Shown here: piece by piece, positions 27,577 to 37,182 of the stretch
How positions within the stretch are numbered: position 1 is the stretch's first letter
Layout: each line of letters opens with the position of its first letter
Origin: a virus
Taxonomy: Duplodnaviria; Caudoviricetes
IMG/VR virus record: IMGVR_UViG_3300012665_000810
Coordinates: 1 to 55,310 of that record
DNA: 55,310 nt
Strand: one strand, 5' to 3'
The notes under the pieces: model-generated
Told to the model about the DNA's origin: nothing
Database searches by the model: none
Seen by the model: only the letters and a program-made list of their open reading frames with translations
Translations under genes and position numbers: made by a program

Positions 27577-29286
27577 ATGAGTTGGAAAAAATACTTTACC
27601 CCTGTAAACGTTGATAATCAAGGCGGCGGCTTTAGCCCAATTAGTGGTGGAGGTCGTCCCGGGCCAGCACGTACAAACTACAGTTCTTACTTGCCTGATG
27701 TATATGCAGGTAGCCCAAACCGAGTTGAACGATATATTCAATATGATACAATGGACATGGACAGTGAAGTAAACGCTGCCCTTGATATCCTTGCAGAATT
27801 TTGTACCCAGAAAGATAAAGAAAATAATACACCTTTTCAAATTTCTTTTAGAGGCAAGCCCACAGCAACTGAAGTTAAATTGTTAAAAGAAAGTCTGCAG
27901 AAATGGGTCAAACAACAACAATTTGATATTAGAACTTTCCGTGTTGTTCGCAATACATTCAAGTACGGTGACTGTTTTTTCTTAAGAGATCCAGAAACCA
28001 AAAAGTTATTGTACATCGATCCAGTAAAAGTTACTAAAGTTATTGTTAACGAGTCCGAAGGTAAAACTCCAGAGCAATATGTATTAAAAGATATTAATTT
28101 TAACTTTGTATCATTAGTAGCTACACAACCACATAACACAACAAATACAAGTCCAAGCGGAACTAGCTCATATACTAGTGGAGGTGGCTTTGGCAGAGGT
28201 ATGGTAGGTGATGCAGCTCGCCCACCGGGTACACGTTTTCAAAATGCATCAAACGAAATTACTGTTGATGCAAAACACATTGTACACATTAGTTTAAGTG
28301 AAGGTTTAGATCAAAACTTTCCGTTTGGTAACAGCTTATTAGAGAGCGTGTTTAAAGTATACAAGCAGAAAGAATTGCTTGAAGATGCTATTATTATCTA
28401 TCGTATACAACGTGCTCCAGAGCGTAGAATTTTCTATGTTGACGTAGGTAATATGCCAGCACACATGGCTATGGCATTCGTTGAACGTGTTAAAAACGAA
28501 ATTCAACAACGTCGTATTCCTAGCTCAACAGGCGGCGGTAACAACATGATTGATGCTAGTTACAACCCACTTTCTGTTAACGAAGATTATTTCTTTCCAC
28601 AGACAGCAGAAGGTCGTGGATCTAAAGTTGAAACATTACCCGGTGGTACTAACCTAGGCGAAATCACAGATTTACGTTATTTTACTAATAAATTATTCCG
28701 TGCTTTAAGAATCCCAGCAAGTTATTTGCCAACAGCAATTGACGAACAACCTAACACCATGGCAGACGGCAAAGTAGGAACAGCCTACATTCAAGAGCTG
28801 CGCTTCAATGAATATTGCAAACGTTTACAAAACCTAATCACTCCAACTCTAGACTTAGAATTTAAGATTTGGATGGAGTCAAACGGAGTAAACATTGACA
28901 ACAGTTTATTTGAGTTAAGATTTAATCAACCACAGAACTTTGCAGCCTATCGTCAGAGTGAGCTTGATACAGCTCGTGCAGCAACTTACAGCACAGTTGC
29001 AGAGATTCCGCATTTAAGCAAACGATTTGCACTAAAACGATTCTTAGGATTATCAGAAGAAGAGATCAAAGAAAACGAATTACTATGGCGCGAAGAAAAT
29101 GGTAATAAATTAAAATCTGTTGGAGATGCTGCTGCTGAAATGAGAGGCATTGGTATAACTCCGTCAACTATTGGTGCAGAAGCCGGCGCAGCAGATGCAG
29201 AAGCACCGGACGATCTAGCTGCTGAGGCTCCTGTAGAAGGTGGAGAAACAGCACAAGCTACGACCCCTCCTCCAGCTGGACAATAA
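27577..29286 (+). CDS. gp20: Portal vertex protein
   Basis: LLEDAIIIYRIQRAPERRIFYVDVGNMP, EDYFFP...GRGSKVETLPGG.NLGEI.D..YF..KL.RAL.IP.S are T4 gp20 hallmarks. Confidence 0.97.
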   Translation: MSWKKYFTPVNVDNQGGGFSPISGGGRPGPARTNYSSYLPDVYAGSPNRVERYIQYDTMDMDSEVNAALDILAEFCTQKDKENNTPFQISFRGKPTATEVKLLKESLQKWVKQQQFDIRTFRVVRNTFKYGDCFFLRDPETKKLLYIDPVKVTKVIVNESEGKTPEQYVLKDINFNFVSLVATQPHNTTNTSPSGTSSYTSGGGFGRGMVGDAARPPGTRFQNASNEITVDAKHIVHISLSEGLDQNFPFGNSLLESVFKVYKQKELLEDAIIIYRIQRAPERRIFYVDVGNMPAHMAMAFVERVKNEIQQRRIPSSTGGGNNMIDASYNPLSVNEDYFFPQTAEGRGSKVETLPGGTNLGEITDLRYFTNKLFRALRIPASYLPTAIDEQPNTMADGKVGTAYIQELRFNEYCKRLQNLITPTLDLEFKIWMESNGVNIDNSLFELRFNQPQNFAAYRQSELDTARAATYSTVAEIPHLSKRFALKRFLGLSEEEIKENELLWREENGNKLKSVGDAAAEMRGIGITPSTIGAEAGAADAEAPDDLAAEAPVEGGETAQATTPPPAGQ

Positions 29287-29292
29287 TAAATA
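29285..29292 (+). promoter_or_regulatory. Late promoter (AATAAATA)
   Basis: Overlaps the portal stop, 4 nt upstream of ATG 29297. Confidence 0.55.
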
Positions 29293-29296
29293 CATT

Positions 29297-29545
29297 ATGC
29301 TCCTACGTGAATTTTTTTATTTTAATGACAATACAAATGACTTTTCAGTCGATCAACGATATGAAAACTCTAGAGATAGTTCTGTGGTTAAAAAATCAGA
29401 TACACGCAAACTACGTTTAACTCTTAAACAAATTAACCAGCTGCGAATACAAAGCGAAGCTCATGATTTTGAAGAAGAATCAGAAAGAGCTTTTATACAA
29501 CAAATGTACGGTACCCCAGTTGAAGCAGAACAACCCGCAGAATGA
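29297..29545 (+). CDS. Small head-module protein (82 aa), unknown function
   Basis: Likely start is ATG 29297 (MLLREFFYF) rather than 29240; DTRKLRLTLKQINQLR...MYG. Confidence 0.65.
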   Translation: MLLREFFYFNDNTNDFSVDQRYENSRDSSVVKKSDTRKLRLTLKQINQLRIQSEAHDFEEESERAFIQQMYGTPVEAEQPAE

Positions 29546-30155
29546 ACCCGCTTTCGTATTAGGTAATGGTAGAAGTAGACTGCAAATAGATGCTCCTTCA
29601 CTACTAATACATGGCACAGTATATGCCTGTAACGCAGTTTACAGAGAATTCGATCCAGACTTTTTAATAGCAGTTGACGTTAAAATGGTCAACGAGATTA
29701 TTTCAGCTGGCTATCATAAGACTCATAGCGTGTGGTCAAATCCAAATAAAGGAATTAATGCAAAAAGCGGCATTAATTATTTTCATCCTCACAAAGGATG
29801 GAGCTCAGGCCCAACGGCATTGCACTTTGCTTGCGATCGAGGACATAAAGAAATATACATTTTTGGCTTTGACTACCAAGGTATTAATGGAAAATTTAAC
29901 AATGTATACGCTAATACATTTAATTACAAACGCAGCGAGGATGTTGCAACCTACCACGGAAATTGGCTGAGCCAGACTGAAAAAACAATTAGAGATCACA
30001 GACATACTCAATTTTTTAGAGTTATTGGGTCGGACGCATTTATCCCGGATAAACTAACGCATTCAAATTTAACACATATATCGTTTGATGAATTTGCAGG
30101 AAAGTTCCCGGGTACTATATATACAGATGAAAACATTCAAAAAACTACCATTTAA
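29463..30155 (+). CDS. Sialyltransferase/Maf-like glycosyltransferase-fold protein (start uncertain)
   Basis: AFVLGNGRSR, YACNAVYR..PDFLIAVD, WSSGPTAL..A...HKEIYIFGFD resemble GT42/GT29/MptE-like Rossmann motifs. Confidence 0.6.
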   Translation: MILKKNQKELLYNKCTVPQLKQNNPQNEPAFVLGNGRSRLQIDAPSLLIHGTVYACNAVYREFDPDFLIAVDVKMVNEIISAGYHKTHSVWSNPNKGINAKSGINYFHPHKGWSSGPTALHFACDRGHKEIYIFGFDYQGINGKFNNVYANTFNYKRSEDVATYHGNWLSQTEKTIRDHRHTQFFRVIGSDAFIPDKLTHSNLTHISFDEFAGKFPGTIYTDENIQKTTI

Positions 30156-30175
30156 CGCTTATTTGTAATCATTGT

Positions 30176-30183
30176 GTTAAATA
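30176..30183 (+). promoter_or_regulatory. Late promoter (GTTAAATA) for the core-protease-scaffold-capsid operon
   Basis: TAAATA core upstream of SD AAGGAG and ATG 30224. Confidence 0.55.
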
Positions 30184-30223
30184 AAATGTATGACAGCCTA
30201 CCCATCTTTAAGGAGAATATAAC

Positions 30224-31096
30224 ATGGCAGATAAAAATTTACTAGCACAGATGCTAGAGAACTTGGTCAACAACGACCAAGCTAAAGCAGAAGAATTATT
30301 CCACGAGTATGTAGTTGCAAAATCTCGTGAAATCTACGAAGATCTTATCGAATCTGAAATCGAAGATGAAGACGATACAGAAGTAGACGAAGCAGCAGCA
30401 GACGAAGAAGCTGAAGAAGATAAAGTTGATGAAGCAGCAGACGACGAAGAGTCTGAAGAAGATAAAATGGACGAAAATTTCGAAGATATCGCCTACGAAG
30501 GTGACGACGAAATGGCCGGCGACGATATGGGTGCTGATGCAACTGACGACCTAGCTGGCGAGTTAGATGGCGAAGAAGAAGAAGAAAAGTCTGAAGAAGA
30601 GCTTTTCCAAGACTTAGAGTCTATCGTTGACGAACTACAAGCTAAGTTTGACGAATTAAAAGGTCACGAAGAAGGTGAAGATGAAATGGGTGGCGAAGAA
30701 ATGCCTGAAGAAGGTTTTGGTGAGCCATCGCTAGCAACTGTTCGTGAGTATGTAGAAAAAGTTCCAGCAGGGCACGGCGCTGAAAAGAAAGGCGCAGCTG
30801 AAAAAGCTGATAACACAAAATCTACTATTGATAACATGAAGAATGATATGGGCGGTACAACTGCTAATATTCTTTCTTCTAAAGAAGATGCAGGTACAAT
30901 GGCAGGCCAAGGTCAATTAAAAGGCAACGGTCTACTAAAGGGCACTGCAAAACAAGATAACGCTGGTAATATCAATGTTCCAGGTGCTAAGAACGGTAAT
31001 GCGTTTAACAAAAAAGAACCTGGTCATGGCGCTGAAAAGAAAGGCGCAGCTGAAACAGCTGATAACAAGCAAAGCCTTTTCCGTGGTCGTAGATAA
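30224..31096 (+). CDS. Highly acidic prohead core protein (gp67/gp68 position)
   Basis: Asp/Glu-rich; lies between portal and protease; strong SD. Confidence 0.7.
   Translation: MADKNLLAQMLENLVNNDQAKAEELFHEYVVAKSREIYEDLIESEIEDEDDTEVDEAAADEEAEEDKVDEAADDEESEEDKMDENFEDIAYEGDDEMAGDDMGADATDDLAGELDGEEEEEKSEEELFQDLESIVDELQAKFDELKGHEEGEDEMGGEEMPEEGFGEPSLATVREYVEKVPAGHGAEKKGAAEKADNTKSTIDNMKNDMGGTTANILSSKEDAGTMAGQGQLKGNGLLKGTAKQDNAGNINVPGAKNGNAFNKKEPGHGAEKKGAAETADNKQSLFRGRR
30776..31067 (+). repeat. Intragenic 40-bp direct repeat
   Basis: 30776-30815 and 31028-31067 differ at one base; encode GAEKKGAAE(K/T)ADN twice. Confidence 0.85.
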
Positions 31097-31109
31097 TTAG
31101 GAAAAAACG

Positions 31110-31742
31110 GTGAAAAAACTTACTCTAGCAGAACATTTGAGTTACGATCAGGCTAAGATTGTCTTGGAGAGCGAGGAAGGCAGCGATGGTAAAAAGTCGC
31201 TGCATTTAAACGGCATTTGCATTCAGGGTGATATCCGAAATGCAAACCAGCGTGTTTATTCTTCTCAAGAAATTGGCAGGGCTGTCAAAACGCTCAACGA
31301 ACAGATCGCTGGTGGTTACTCAGTACTAGGTGAAGTTGATCATCCGGAAGATTTACGCATTAACTTGGATCGCGTCAGTCACATGATTACAAAAATGTGG
31401 ATGGACGGTCCAAACGGCTACGGAAAACTTAAAATACTTCCAACTCCAATGGGACAGTTAATTCAGTCTATGTTGGAAGCGGGAGTGAAGTTGGGAGTAT
31501 CGAGTAGAGGTTCAGGCGAAGTAGATGGCCAAGGTAATGTTCAAGGTTTTGAAATTATCACGGTTGATGTAGTAGCACAACCAAGCGCCCCGGGAGCCTA
31601 CCCAACTCCAGTTTATGAACACTTGATGAATAATACAGGTGGATATCAGGCATTTAAAATAGCAAAAGAAGTCCAAGGCGACCCAAAGGCACAGCAGTAC
31701 ATAGCAGAGAGTTTGGTGAAAATCATCAAACGTCTCAGATAA
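31110..31742 (+). CDS. gp21: Prohead protease
   Basis: N.N.RVY, LGEVDHP, INLDRVSH, LGVSSRGSG, DVVAQPSAPGAY. Confidence 0.95.
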   Translation: MKKLTLAEHLSYDQAKIVLESEEGSDGKKSLHLNGICIQGDIRNANQRVYSSQEIGRAVKTLNEQIAGGYSVLGEVDHPEDLRINLDRVSHMITKMWMDGPNGYGKLKILPTPMGQLIQSMLEAGVKLGVSSRGSGEVDGQGNVQGFEIITVDVVAQPSAPGAYPTPVYEHLMNNTGGYQAFKIAKEVQGDPKAQQYIAESLVKIIKRLR

Positions 31743-31759
31743 CCAAGTAGGAGAATCAC

Positions 31760-32854
31760 ATGCTAGATATCGTAAAACAATTGTTTGAGAACAATGTGAT
31801 TTCCGAAGAAATCAAATCGGAAATTGAATCAGCCTGGGAAGGTAGAATTCAAGAAAACCGTGAACAAGTCACTGCAACATTACGTGAAGAATTTGCTCAG
31901 AAATATGAGCACGATAAATCCGCAATGGTAGAAGCTGTAGAAGGCATGTTAACAGACCGCTTACAAGCAGAGTTAGCAGAATTCGCAGAAGATCGCCAAG
32001 GATTGATCGAAGCAAAAGCAAAATACGCAGCTAAAATGACACAGGATTCTAAAGCATTAGAATCTTTTGTTATGAATAATTTGGGTAAAGAGCTTGCTGA
32101 ATTACATGAAGATCGTAAAGCAGTTGCAGGCAACGTAGCAAAATTAGAATCTTTTATTGTGGACACTCTAGCGAAAGAAATCGCAGAATTCCATGCTGAT
32201 AAAAAGGACCTAGCAGAAACTAAAGTACGTTTAGTACGTGAAAGCAAAGCTAAGTTTGAACAAGTTAGAAAAGATTTCATCAATCAGTCAGCTAAAATCA
32301 TCGAAGAAACAGTCTCAAAAGGCTTGCGTTCTGAAATGACTCAGTTGAAAGAAGATATTAATGCTGCTCGTAAAAATGACTTTGGTCGCAGAATTTTTGA
32401 ATCTTTCGCAAGCGAATTCGCTGCAAGTCATCTAAATGAAAAATCTGAAACAGCAAAACTATTAAAAGTAGTTGCGCAGAAAGAAATGGAATTAGAAGAA
32501 GCAGCAAAAATTGTTGCTGAAACAGAAAAATTAGTAGAAAGCAAAAACGCTGAACTACGCATTGCTCGTGATATGAGCCAACGCAAGGAAGTTATGAACG
32601 AATTGCTAGGACCATTGACAGGCGACAAGCGTTCAGTAATGGGCGAGCTACTAGAATCAGTACAAACAGACAAGCTACGTGCAGCTTTTGACAAGTACAT
32701 CCCATCAGTAATGAATGGTGGTGCTCCTGTTAAGAAAGCACTAACAGAGGCTAAAGAAATAACAGGCGACAAAAAACAGGCACAATCTATCAGTGGTGAG
32801 GAAAGAACCGCTGAGATTTTTGACATCCGCAGGCTTGCGGGACTAAAAGTTTAA
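31760..32854 (+). CDS. gp22: Prohead scaffold/core protein
   Basis: Coiled-coil Glu/Lys/Ala-rich protein between protease and major capsid. Confidence 0.8.
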   Translation: MLDIVKQLFENNVISEEIKSEIESAWEGRIQENREQVTATLREEFAQKYEHDKSAMVEAVEGMLTDRLQAELAEFAEDRQGLIEAKAKYAAKMTQDSKALESFVMNNLGKELAELHEDRKAVAGNVAKLESFIVDTLAKEIAEFHADKKDLAETKVRLVRESKAKFEQVRKDFINQSAKIIEETVSKGLRSEMTQLKEDINAARKNDFGRRIFESFASEFAASHLNEKSETAKLLKVVAQKEMELEEAAKIVAETEKLVESKNAELRIARDMSQRKEVMNELLGPLTGDKRSVMGELLESVQTDKLRAAFDKYIPSVMNGGAPVKKALTEAKEITGDKKQAQSISGEERTAEIFDIRRLAGLKV

Positions 32855-32865
32855 GGAGAACTATA

Positions 32866-34026
32866 ATGTCACAATTACTCGAGTCACGCTGGTCGGAAAC
32901 CAAAGAAGCTCTTTTAGAAGGTCTTCAAGGTCACAAGCGCACAGTAATGGCAACAACTCTCGAAAATACCCGCAAGTATTTGTCTGAGTCTGCTACTGCT
33001 GGTGCTACATCCGCTGGCAACGTTGCAACCCTAAATCGTGTGATCCTTCCAGTGATCAGACGTGTAATGCCTACCGTTATTGCTAACGAGTTAGTAGGTG
33101 TACAACCAATGACTGGCCCAGTTGGTCAAATCCACACTCTACGTGTTCGCTACAGCGACGCAAGTGAATTTGCTGCTGGTACAGAAGCATTGAGCCCATT
33201 CCAAATCGCTCAAGGTTATTCTGCTAACTCATCTAGCTCAACTGCTAGAGCTGCTTCAACAGCCGCTCTTGAAGGTGTTGCTGGTAACAAGTTAAGCATT
33301 CAAATCTTGAAGCAAACAGTTGAAGCTAAGACACGTAAATTGTCAGCTCGCTGGACATTTGAAGCTGCTCAAGATGCACAAGCCCAACAAGGTATTGACA
33401 TCGAAGCAGAAATCATGGCTGCTCTTGCACAAGAGATCACAGCTGAGATCGACCAAGAAGTTATTGGTAGCTTGAATAGCTTGGCTGGAACTGTATTGAC
33501 TTATGATCAAAACACAGTTTCTGGTACAGCTACTTTCGTTGGTGATGAGCATGCTGCTTTAGCTGTTCAAATCAATCGCGCTTCTAACTTGATCGCTCAA
33601 CGTACACGTCGTGGTGCTGGTAACTATGCAGTTCTAAGCCCAACAACATTGACAATTCTTCAGTCTGCTACTACTAGCGCATTTGCTCGTACAACAGAAG
33701 GTACATTCGAAGCTCCTACAAACACTAAGTTTGTTGGTACATTGAACGGTGCTATGAAGGTGTATGTAAACAGCTACGCATCTAGCGATGACGTATTGAT
33801 CGGATACAAAGGTTCTAGCGAATCTGATGCTCCTGCATTCTACTGCCCATACATCCCATTGATGTCAAGCGGTGTTGTATTAGATCCATCAACTTTCGAA
33901 CCAGTCGTATCATTCATGACACGTTATGGTTATGTTGAGTTGACAAATACAGCGTCTTCTCTAGGTAACGCTGCTGACTACCTAGCTAAAGTTGCTGTTA
34001 CAACAGCTAACTTGAAGTTTGCTTAA
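32866..34026 (+). CDS. gp23: Major capsid protein (compact, 386 aa)
   Basis: RRVMPTVIANELVGVQPMTGPVGQI, VEAKTRKLSARWTFEAAQD, AFYCPYIPL, FMTRYG. Confidence 0.97.
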   Translation: MSQLLESRWSETKEALLEGLQGHKRTVMATTLENTRKYLSESATAGATSAGNVATLNRVILPVIRRVMPTVIANELVGVQPMTGPVGQIHTLRVRYSDASEFAAGTEALSPFQIAQGYSANSSSSTARAASTAALEGVAGNKLSIQILKQTVEAKTRKLSARWTFEAAQDAQAQQGIDIEAEIMAALAQEITAEIDQEVIGSLNSLAGTVLTYDQNTVSGTATFVGDEHAALAVQINRASNLIAQRTRRGAGNYAVLSPTTLTILQSATTSAFARTTEGTFEAPTNTKFVGTLNGAMKVYVNSYASSDDVLIGYKGSSESDAPAFYCPYIPLMSSGVVLDPSTFEPVVSFMTRYGYVELTNTASSLGNAADYLAKVAVTTANLKFA

Positions 34027-34052
34027 TCAGTAGAGTTCATAGTAACGAAACT

Positions 34053-34078
34053 CAAAAAGGCTCTTCGGAGCCTTTTTG
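34053..34078 (+). terminator. Intrinsic terminator after the capsid gene (bidirectional form)
   Basis: CAAAAAGGCTC-TTCG-GAGCCTTTTTG with a C(UUCG)G tetraloop. Confidence 0.9.
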
Positions 34079-34096
34079 TTTGACTTAAATATCAGT

Positions 34097-34363
34097 ATGG
34101 AAATAGATTTTGATCAGGATTTTTCTGAACTACGCAAACAGTTTAGTGCGTGGCGAAAACGCTTTCCTATGTTTACTCATGATGTAAGCCAAATAGAACA
34201 CATCATTGAACAGCATATACAAAATTTTGCTATTGCTGGAATCCACTACAGACAAACGCACAGTAAGTCTTATTTAGAAAAAGCCCAGCATGAACTAGAC
34301 GAAATTAAGAGGGTAGTTGCTATGGTTGAAAAAATTGAACTTATGGCAATGTTAGCACGTTGA
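34097..34363 (+). CDS. Hypothetical helical protein (88 aa)
   Basis: Likely start ATG 34097 (MEIDFDQ), 5 nt after CTTAAATA (34084-34091). Confidence 0.6.
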   Translation: MEIDFDQDFSELRKQFSAWRKRFPMFTHDVSQIEHIIEQHIQNFAIAGIHYRQTHSKSYLEKAQHELDEIKRVVAMVEKIELMAMLAR

Positions 34364-34456
34364 TAAATACAATGTCTATTAAAGAACTTGCATACGGCAA
34401 GACTTATGGGGTAACCATCCTCGTAGACCTAAAACGTCATATTAAGGAGAAACAAA
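34362..34456 (+). promoter_or_regulatory. Late promoter GATAAATA plus structured 5' leader
   Basis: Promoter 34362-34369; hairpins at 34387-34401 and 34405-34425; SD AAGGAG at 34444. Confidence 0.55.
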
Positions 34457-35098
34457 ATGGGACGTCCATTAAAGAAAGATGTGCGAGGTACAGACGTACT
34501 TGGCCTAAACAATCTTGGTAACACAGGTATCACAGTAAGCGGCTATTTTGATGGTGCGCTTTCTACAGCATATTCTATTATCAAACAACGCGGTGCTAAC
34601 ACATTCGTTGTAGCTAAAAAAGAAACATTCACAGCAACTACATCAAACGGTGCTTATACGCTAACAAGTATGAGTGATCAAATTGAAGTAACAATTGGCG
34701 ACGAAATTTCTGGTGCAGGTATTCCAACAGGTGCTAGAGTTGCTAGCATTGACAGCGCAACACAAGTAACAATGACTTTAGCTGCGACAGCATCTGCTAG
34801 CGTTACAGTTACACACTTTGGTGTATTTAAAACTGGTAAACTAGTTGACACAACTCCAAATGCTGAAGGTGAAATCCTAATGCAAGGCTCAACAGCTGGT
34901 ACAACAGATCAAAGTTTAGTTCCTATTGCTAAACTATCACGAAGAATTGCTTACGGATTCCCAACAGTTCCAGTACTAAGTGGCGGATTTAATCGAGGTG
35001 AAGATAGTAATACTTCTACTAACCACGATGCTACTCGTTATACTTGGTTTTTAGAAAACGATTCAACAGCTGATTATATTGTTTTAACAGCAATCTAA
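34457..35098 (+). CDS. Virion structural protein (possible head decoration)
   Basis: Late promoter, strong SD, Thr/Gly-rich beta composition, MGRPLKK start. Confidence 0.55.
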   Translation: MGRPLKKDVRGTDVLGLNNLGNTGITVSGYFDGALSTAYSIIKQRGANTFVVAKKETFTATTSNGAYTLTSMSDQIEVTIGDEISGAGIPTGARVASIDSATQVTMTLAATASASVTVTHFGVFKTGKLVDTTPNAEGEILMQGSTAGTTDQSLVPIAKLSRRIAYGFPTVPVLSGGFNRGEDSNTSTNHDATRYTWFLENDSTADYIVLTAI

Positions 35099-35112
35099 TT
35101 TAAGGAAAAAGT

Positions 35113-36231
35113 ATGGGACAGGTTGTACAAGTTAACGGCGATTATACGATTAAGGCCAAACAAGGTTCTAACATCATTCTTGATGTTGGAACTGGTCCCG
35201 AAGCCGGTGACGTTAAGATAACTGGCAACCTGACCGTTGTTGGCGAAACATTAATTGTTCAGACAACAGATTTAGCTGTAGAAGATAATATCATTACCCT
35301 TAACAAGGGTGAAGAAGGTTCTGGAGTTACTAAAATACTTTCGGGTATTGAAATTGATCGAGGACTACTAGCTAACACTTCTTTCATATACGACGAATCT
35401 ACACAAAGCTGGCAAATTGCTGAAGGCTCGACTGAACTAGGATTTATTAATTTTTCTAATAGTGCGTTACGATTAAAAACATTGTTAACATCTATGGACG
35501 AGGACGAAGGCGATTTAACTTTATTTGCCGAAGCCGGAAATACCGGAGTTTTAAAAGTTGGAGGAGCATCATTATATAATGAGCGAGTCACCGACGATAA
35601 TGATATTCCTAATAAAAGATATGTTGACCTTGCAATTCAAACCAACCCAACATTCCAAATTCGTTCCCCCGGAGCACTAGTTGGAGTACCGGAATCTCAA
35701 GTAAAAGGCGATACACGAGTAGTAGCATTTGATAGGTCGTCAACCTATGATGTTGCACTGTTTCCAATTGGTCCGTTTACTGAGCCAGAAGACTTACCAC
35801 TTGAAAGTTTTGTTGCACTTCTAGTTGATAATCAACTAGTAGGATCTATGTTTGTTAATAGATTTAATGTAGCAGGAATGACTTTTTTGCAAGAAGAGTC
35901 GACCAAACAAGGCTTATTAAATAATCCCCCAATCACACAAGCGCCTGCTTCTGTAATTCAAACAACAGGAACTGACGGAAATTTAAAATTAGAAACAAAC
36001 GGCCCTGGAAAAGTTGAGATAACTAATGCTATACAGTTTAACGACAATCAAGGCTACAATGAAGATGATGGCCCAACGGCATACCCGTCACAAAGTGTAA
36101 TTTATGGCGGAGCAATTGGCTCTGGTAACACTGGAGTATATGTGTCGGCACAGAATTTTAACGGTACAAACATACAACGAAGTGAGCTAATCAGTAAACA
36201 AAAAGCTCTATTGTTCAGTATGTTATTTTAA
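35113..36231 (+). CDS. Virion structural/fibre protein
   Basis: VKITGNLTVVG...VEDNIITLNKGE...SGIEIDRG and DNDIPNKRYVD fibre motifs; hydrophobic C-terminus KALLFSMLF. Confidence 0.6.
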   Translation: MGQVVQVNGDYTIKAKQGSNIILDVGTGPEAGDVKITGNLTVVGETLIVQTTDLAVEDNIITLNKGEEGSGVTKILSGIEIDRGLLANTSFIYDESTQSWQIAEGSTELGFINFSNSALRLKTLLTSMDEDEGDLTLFAEAGNTGVLKVGGASLYNERVTDDNDIPNKRYVDLAIQTNPTFQIRSPGALVGVPESQVKGDTRVVAFDRSSTYDVALFPIGPFTEPEDLPLESFVALLVDNQLVGSMFVNRFNVAGMTFLQEESTKQGLLNNPPITQAPASVIQTTGTDGNLKLETNGPGKVEITNAIQFNDNQGYNEDDGPTAYPSQSVIYGGAIGSGNTGVYVSAQNFNGTNIQRSELISKQKALLFSMLF

Positions 36232-36240
36232 GAGATAACC

Positions 36241-36639
36241 ATGATATATAGCACACGAATAACTAATGCAGCAACCAATACAACGGTTTGGACTAGCACA
36301 ACTACTGGAGCACCAGTTGGTGGTTCAGTAACTCCAGTAGATACCGCAATTACTAACATTATTCTTTGTAATACAGGAACACCTGATAATACAGACGAAA
36401 ATGTAAACACAGCTTCGGTAACTATATATCTGCTTAATGCTGATGTTAGTCTTACTCCGTCGGATTCTAATACAATTGTAAGTAATTTAATTGTTCCGGC
36501 CGGCGAAACAATATTTTTTAGTGATGAGCGAATTGTATTAAGAGGAACTACTTTAGATTCAAGAGGCAGTGATAAAATTGTTGTTAAGTCCAGTGCTGCA
36601 AACTTAGTTACTGTAACAGTGAGTGCATTGCTAGTATGA
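36241..36639 (+). CDS. Small beta-sandwich virion protein, paralog of 40940..41275
   Basis: IILCN...VTIY...L.VPAGET....ERIVL...DKIVV.S......V.VS pattern shared with the 40940 protein. Confidence 0.6.
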   Translation: MIYSTRITNAATNTTVWTSTTTGAPVGGSVTPVDTAITNIILCNTGTPDNTDENVNTASVTIYLLNADVSLTPSDSNTIVSNLIVPAGETIFFSDERIVLRGTTLDSRGSDKIVVKSSAANLVTVTVSALLV

Positions 36640-37139
36640 GATTTCTTAAATCAAAAACTCTTTCAAAGTATAGTCCAACAGATCAAAGTTTGTTTAGTAA
36701 CTCTGCTGGTCGTGCAGTGATGAATATTCACGGGGCACTACGCTTACCTAAAGGAACAACAGCTGAGCAACCTGATCTAACTGGTGTTCGTGTACAAGGC
36801 GGCCCATATGGTTATATTCGTTACAATACTGATATAAATGCTATTGAAGCATATTTCAGCACAGGTTGGGAAGTTGTTAGAGCTGCCGGCGGTGCATCAA
36901 TTACAAGACAAAAAATTGAAACAGCAGACGGTATTGAAACAACATTTGGACCTTTAGATAATAGACCCGATGAAGCAAAAGATATCGTAGTCTACGTAGA
37001 AAACGTATTTCAACATGCTGGCGAAAACTATACGCTAGCATATGACTACCTAGGCACACTAGGCGACACTAGAATAGTCTTTACTAGCCCTGTTCCTATG
37101 GGCAAACCTGTTTGGATATACTACGGCTTCAGTAACTAA
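36636..37139 (+). CDS. Virion structural protein
   Basis: LRLPKGTTAEQP...YIRYNTDINAIEAY module shared with the 38617 and 39883 proteins, plus a small beta domain (IVVYVENVFQ). Confidence 0.6.
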   Translation: MRFLKSKTLSKYSPTDQSLFSNSAGRAVMNIHGALRLPKGTTAEQPDLTGVRVQGGPYGYIRYNTDINAIEAYFSTGWEVVRAAGGASITRQKIETADGIETTFGPLDNRPDEAKDIVVYVENVFQHAGENYTLAYDYLGTLGDTRIVFTSPVPMGKPVWIYYGFSN

Positions 37140-37150
37140 CAACCAAAACA

Positions 37151-37158
37151 GGTAAATA
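37151..37158 (+). promoter_or_regulatory. Late promoter (GGTAAATA)
   Basis: TAAATA core upstream of SD GGAG and start 37183/37186. Confidence 0.5.
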
Positions 37159-37182
37159 TACGTATCAAAGAATTGGAGATAC

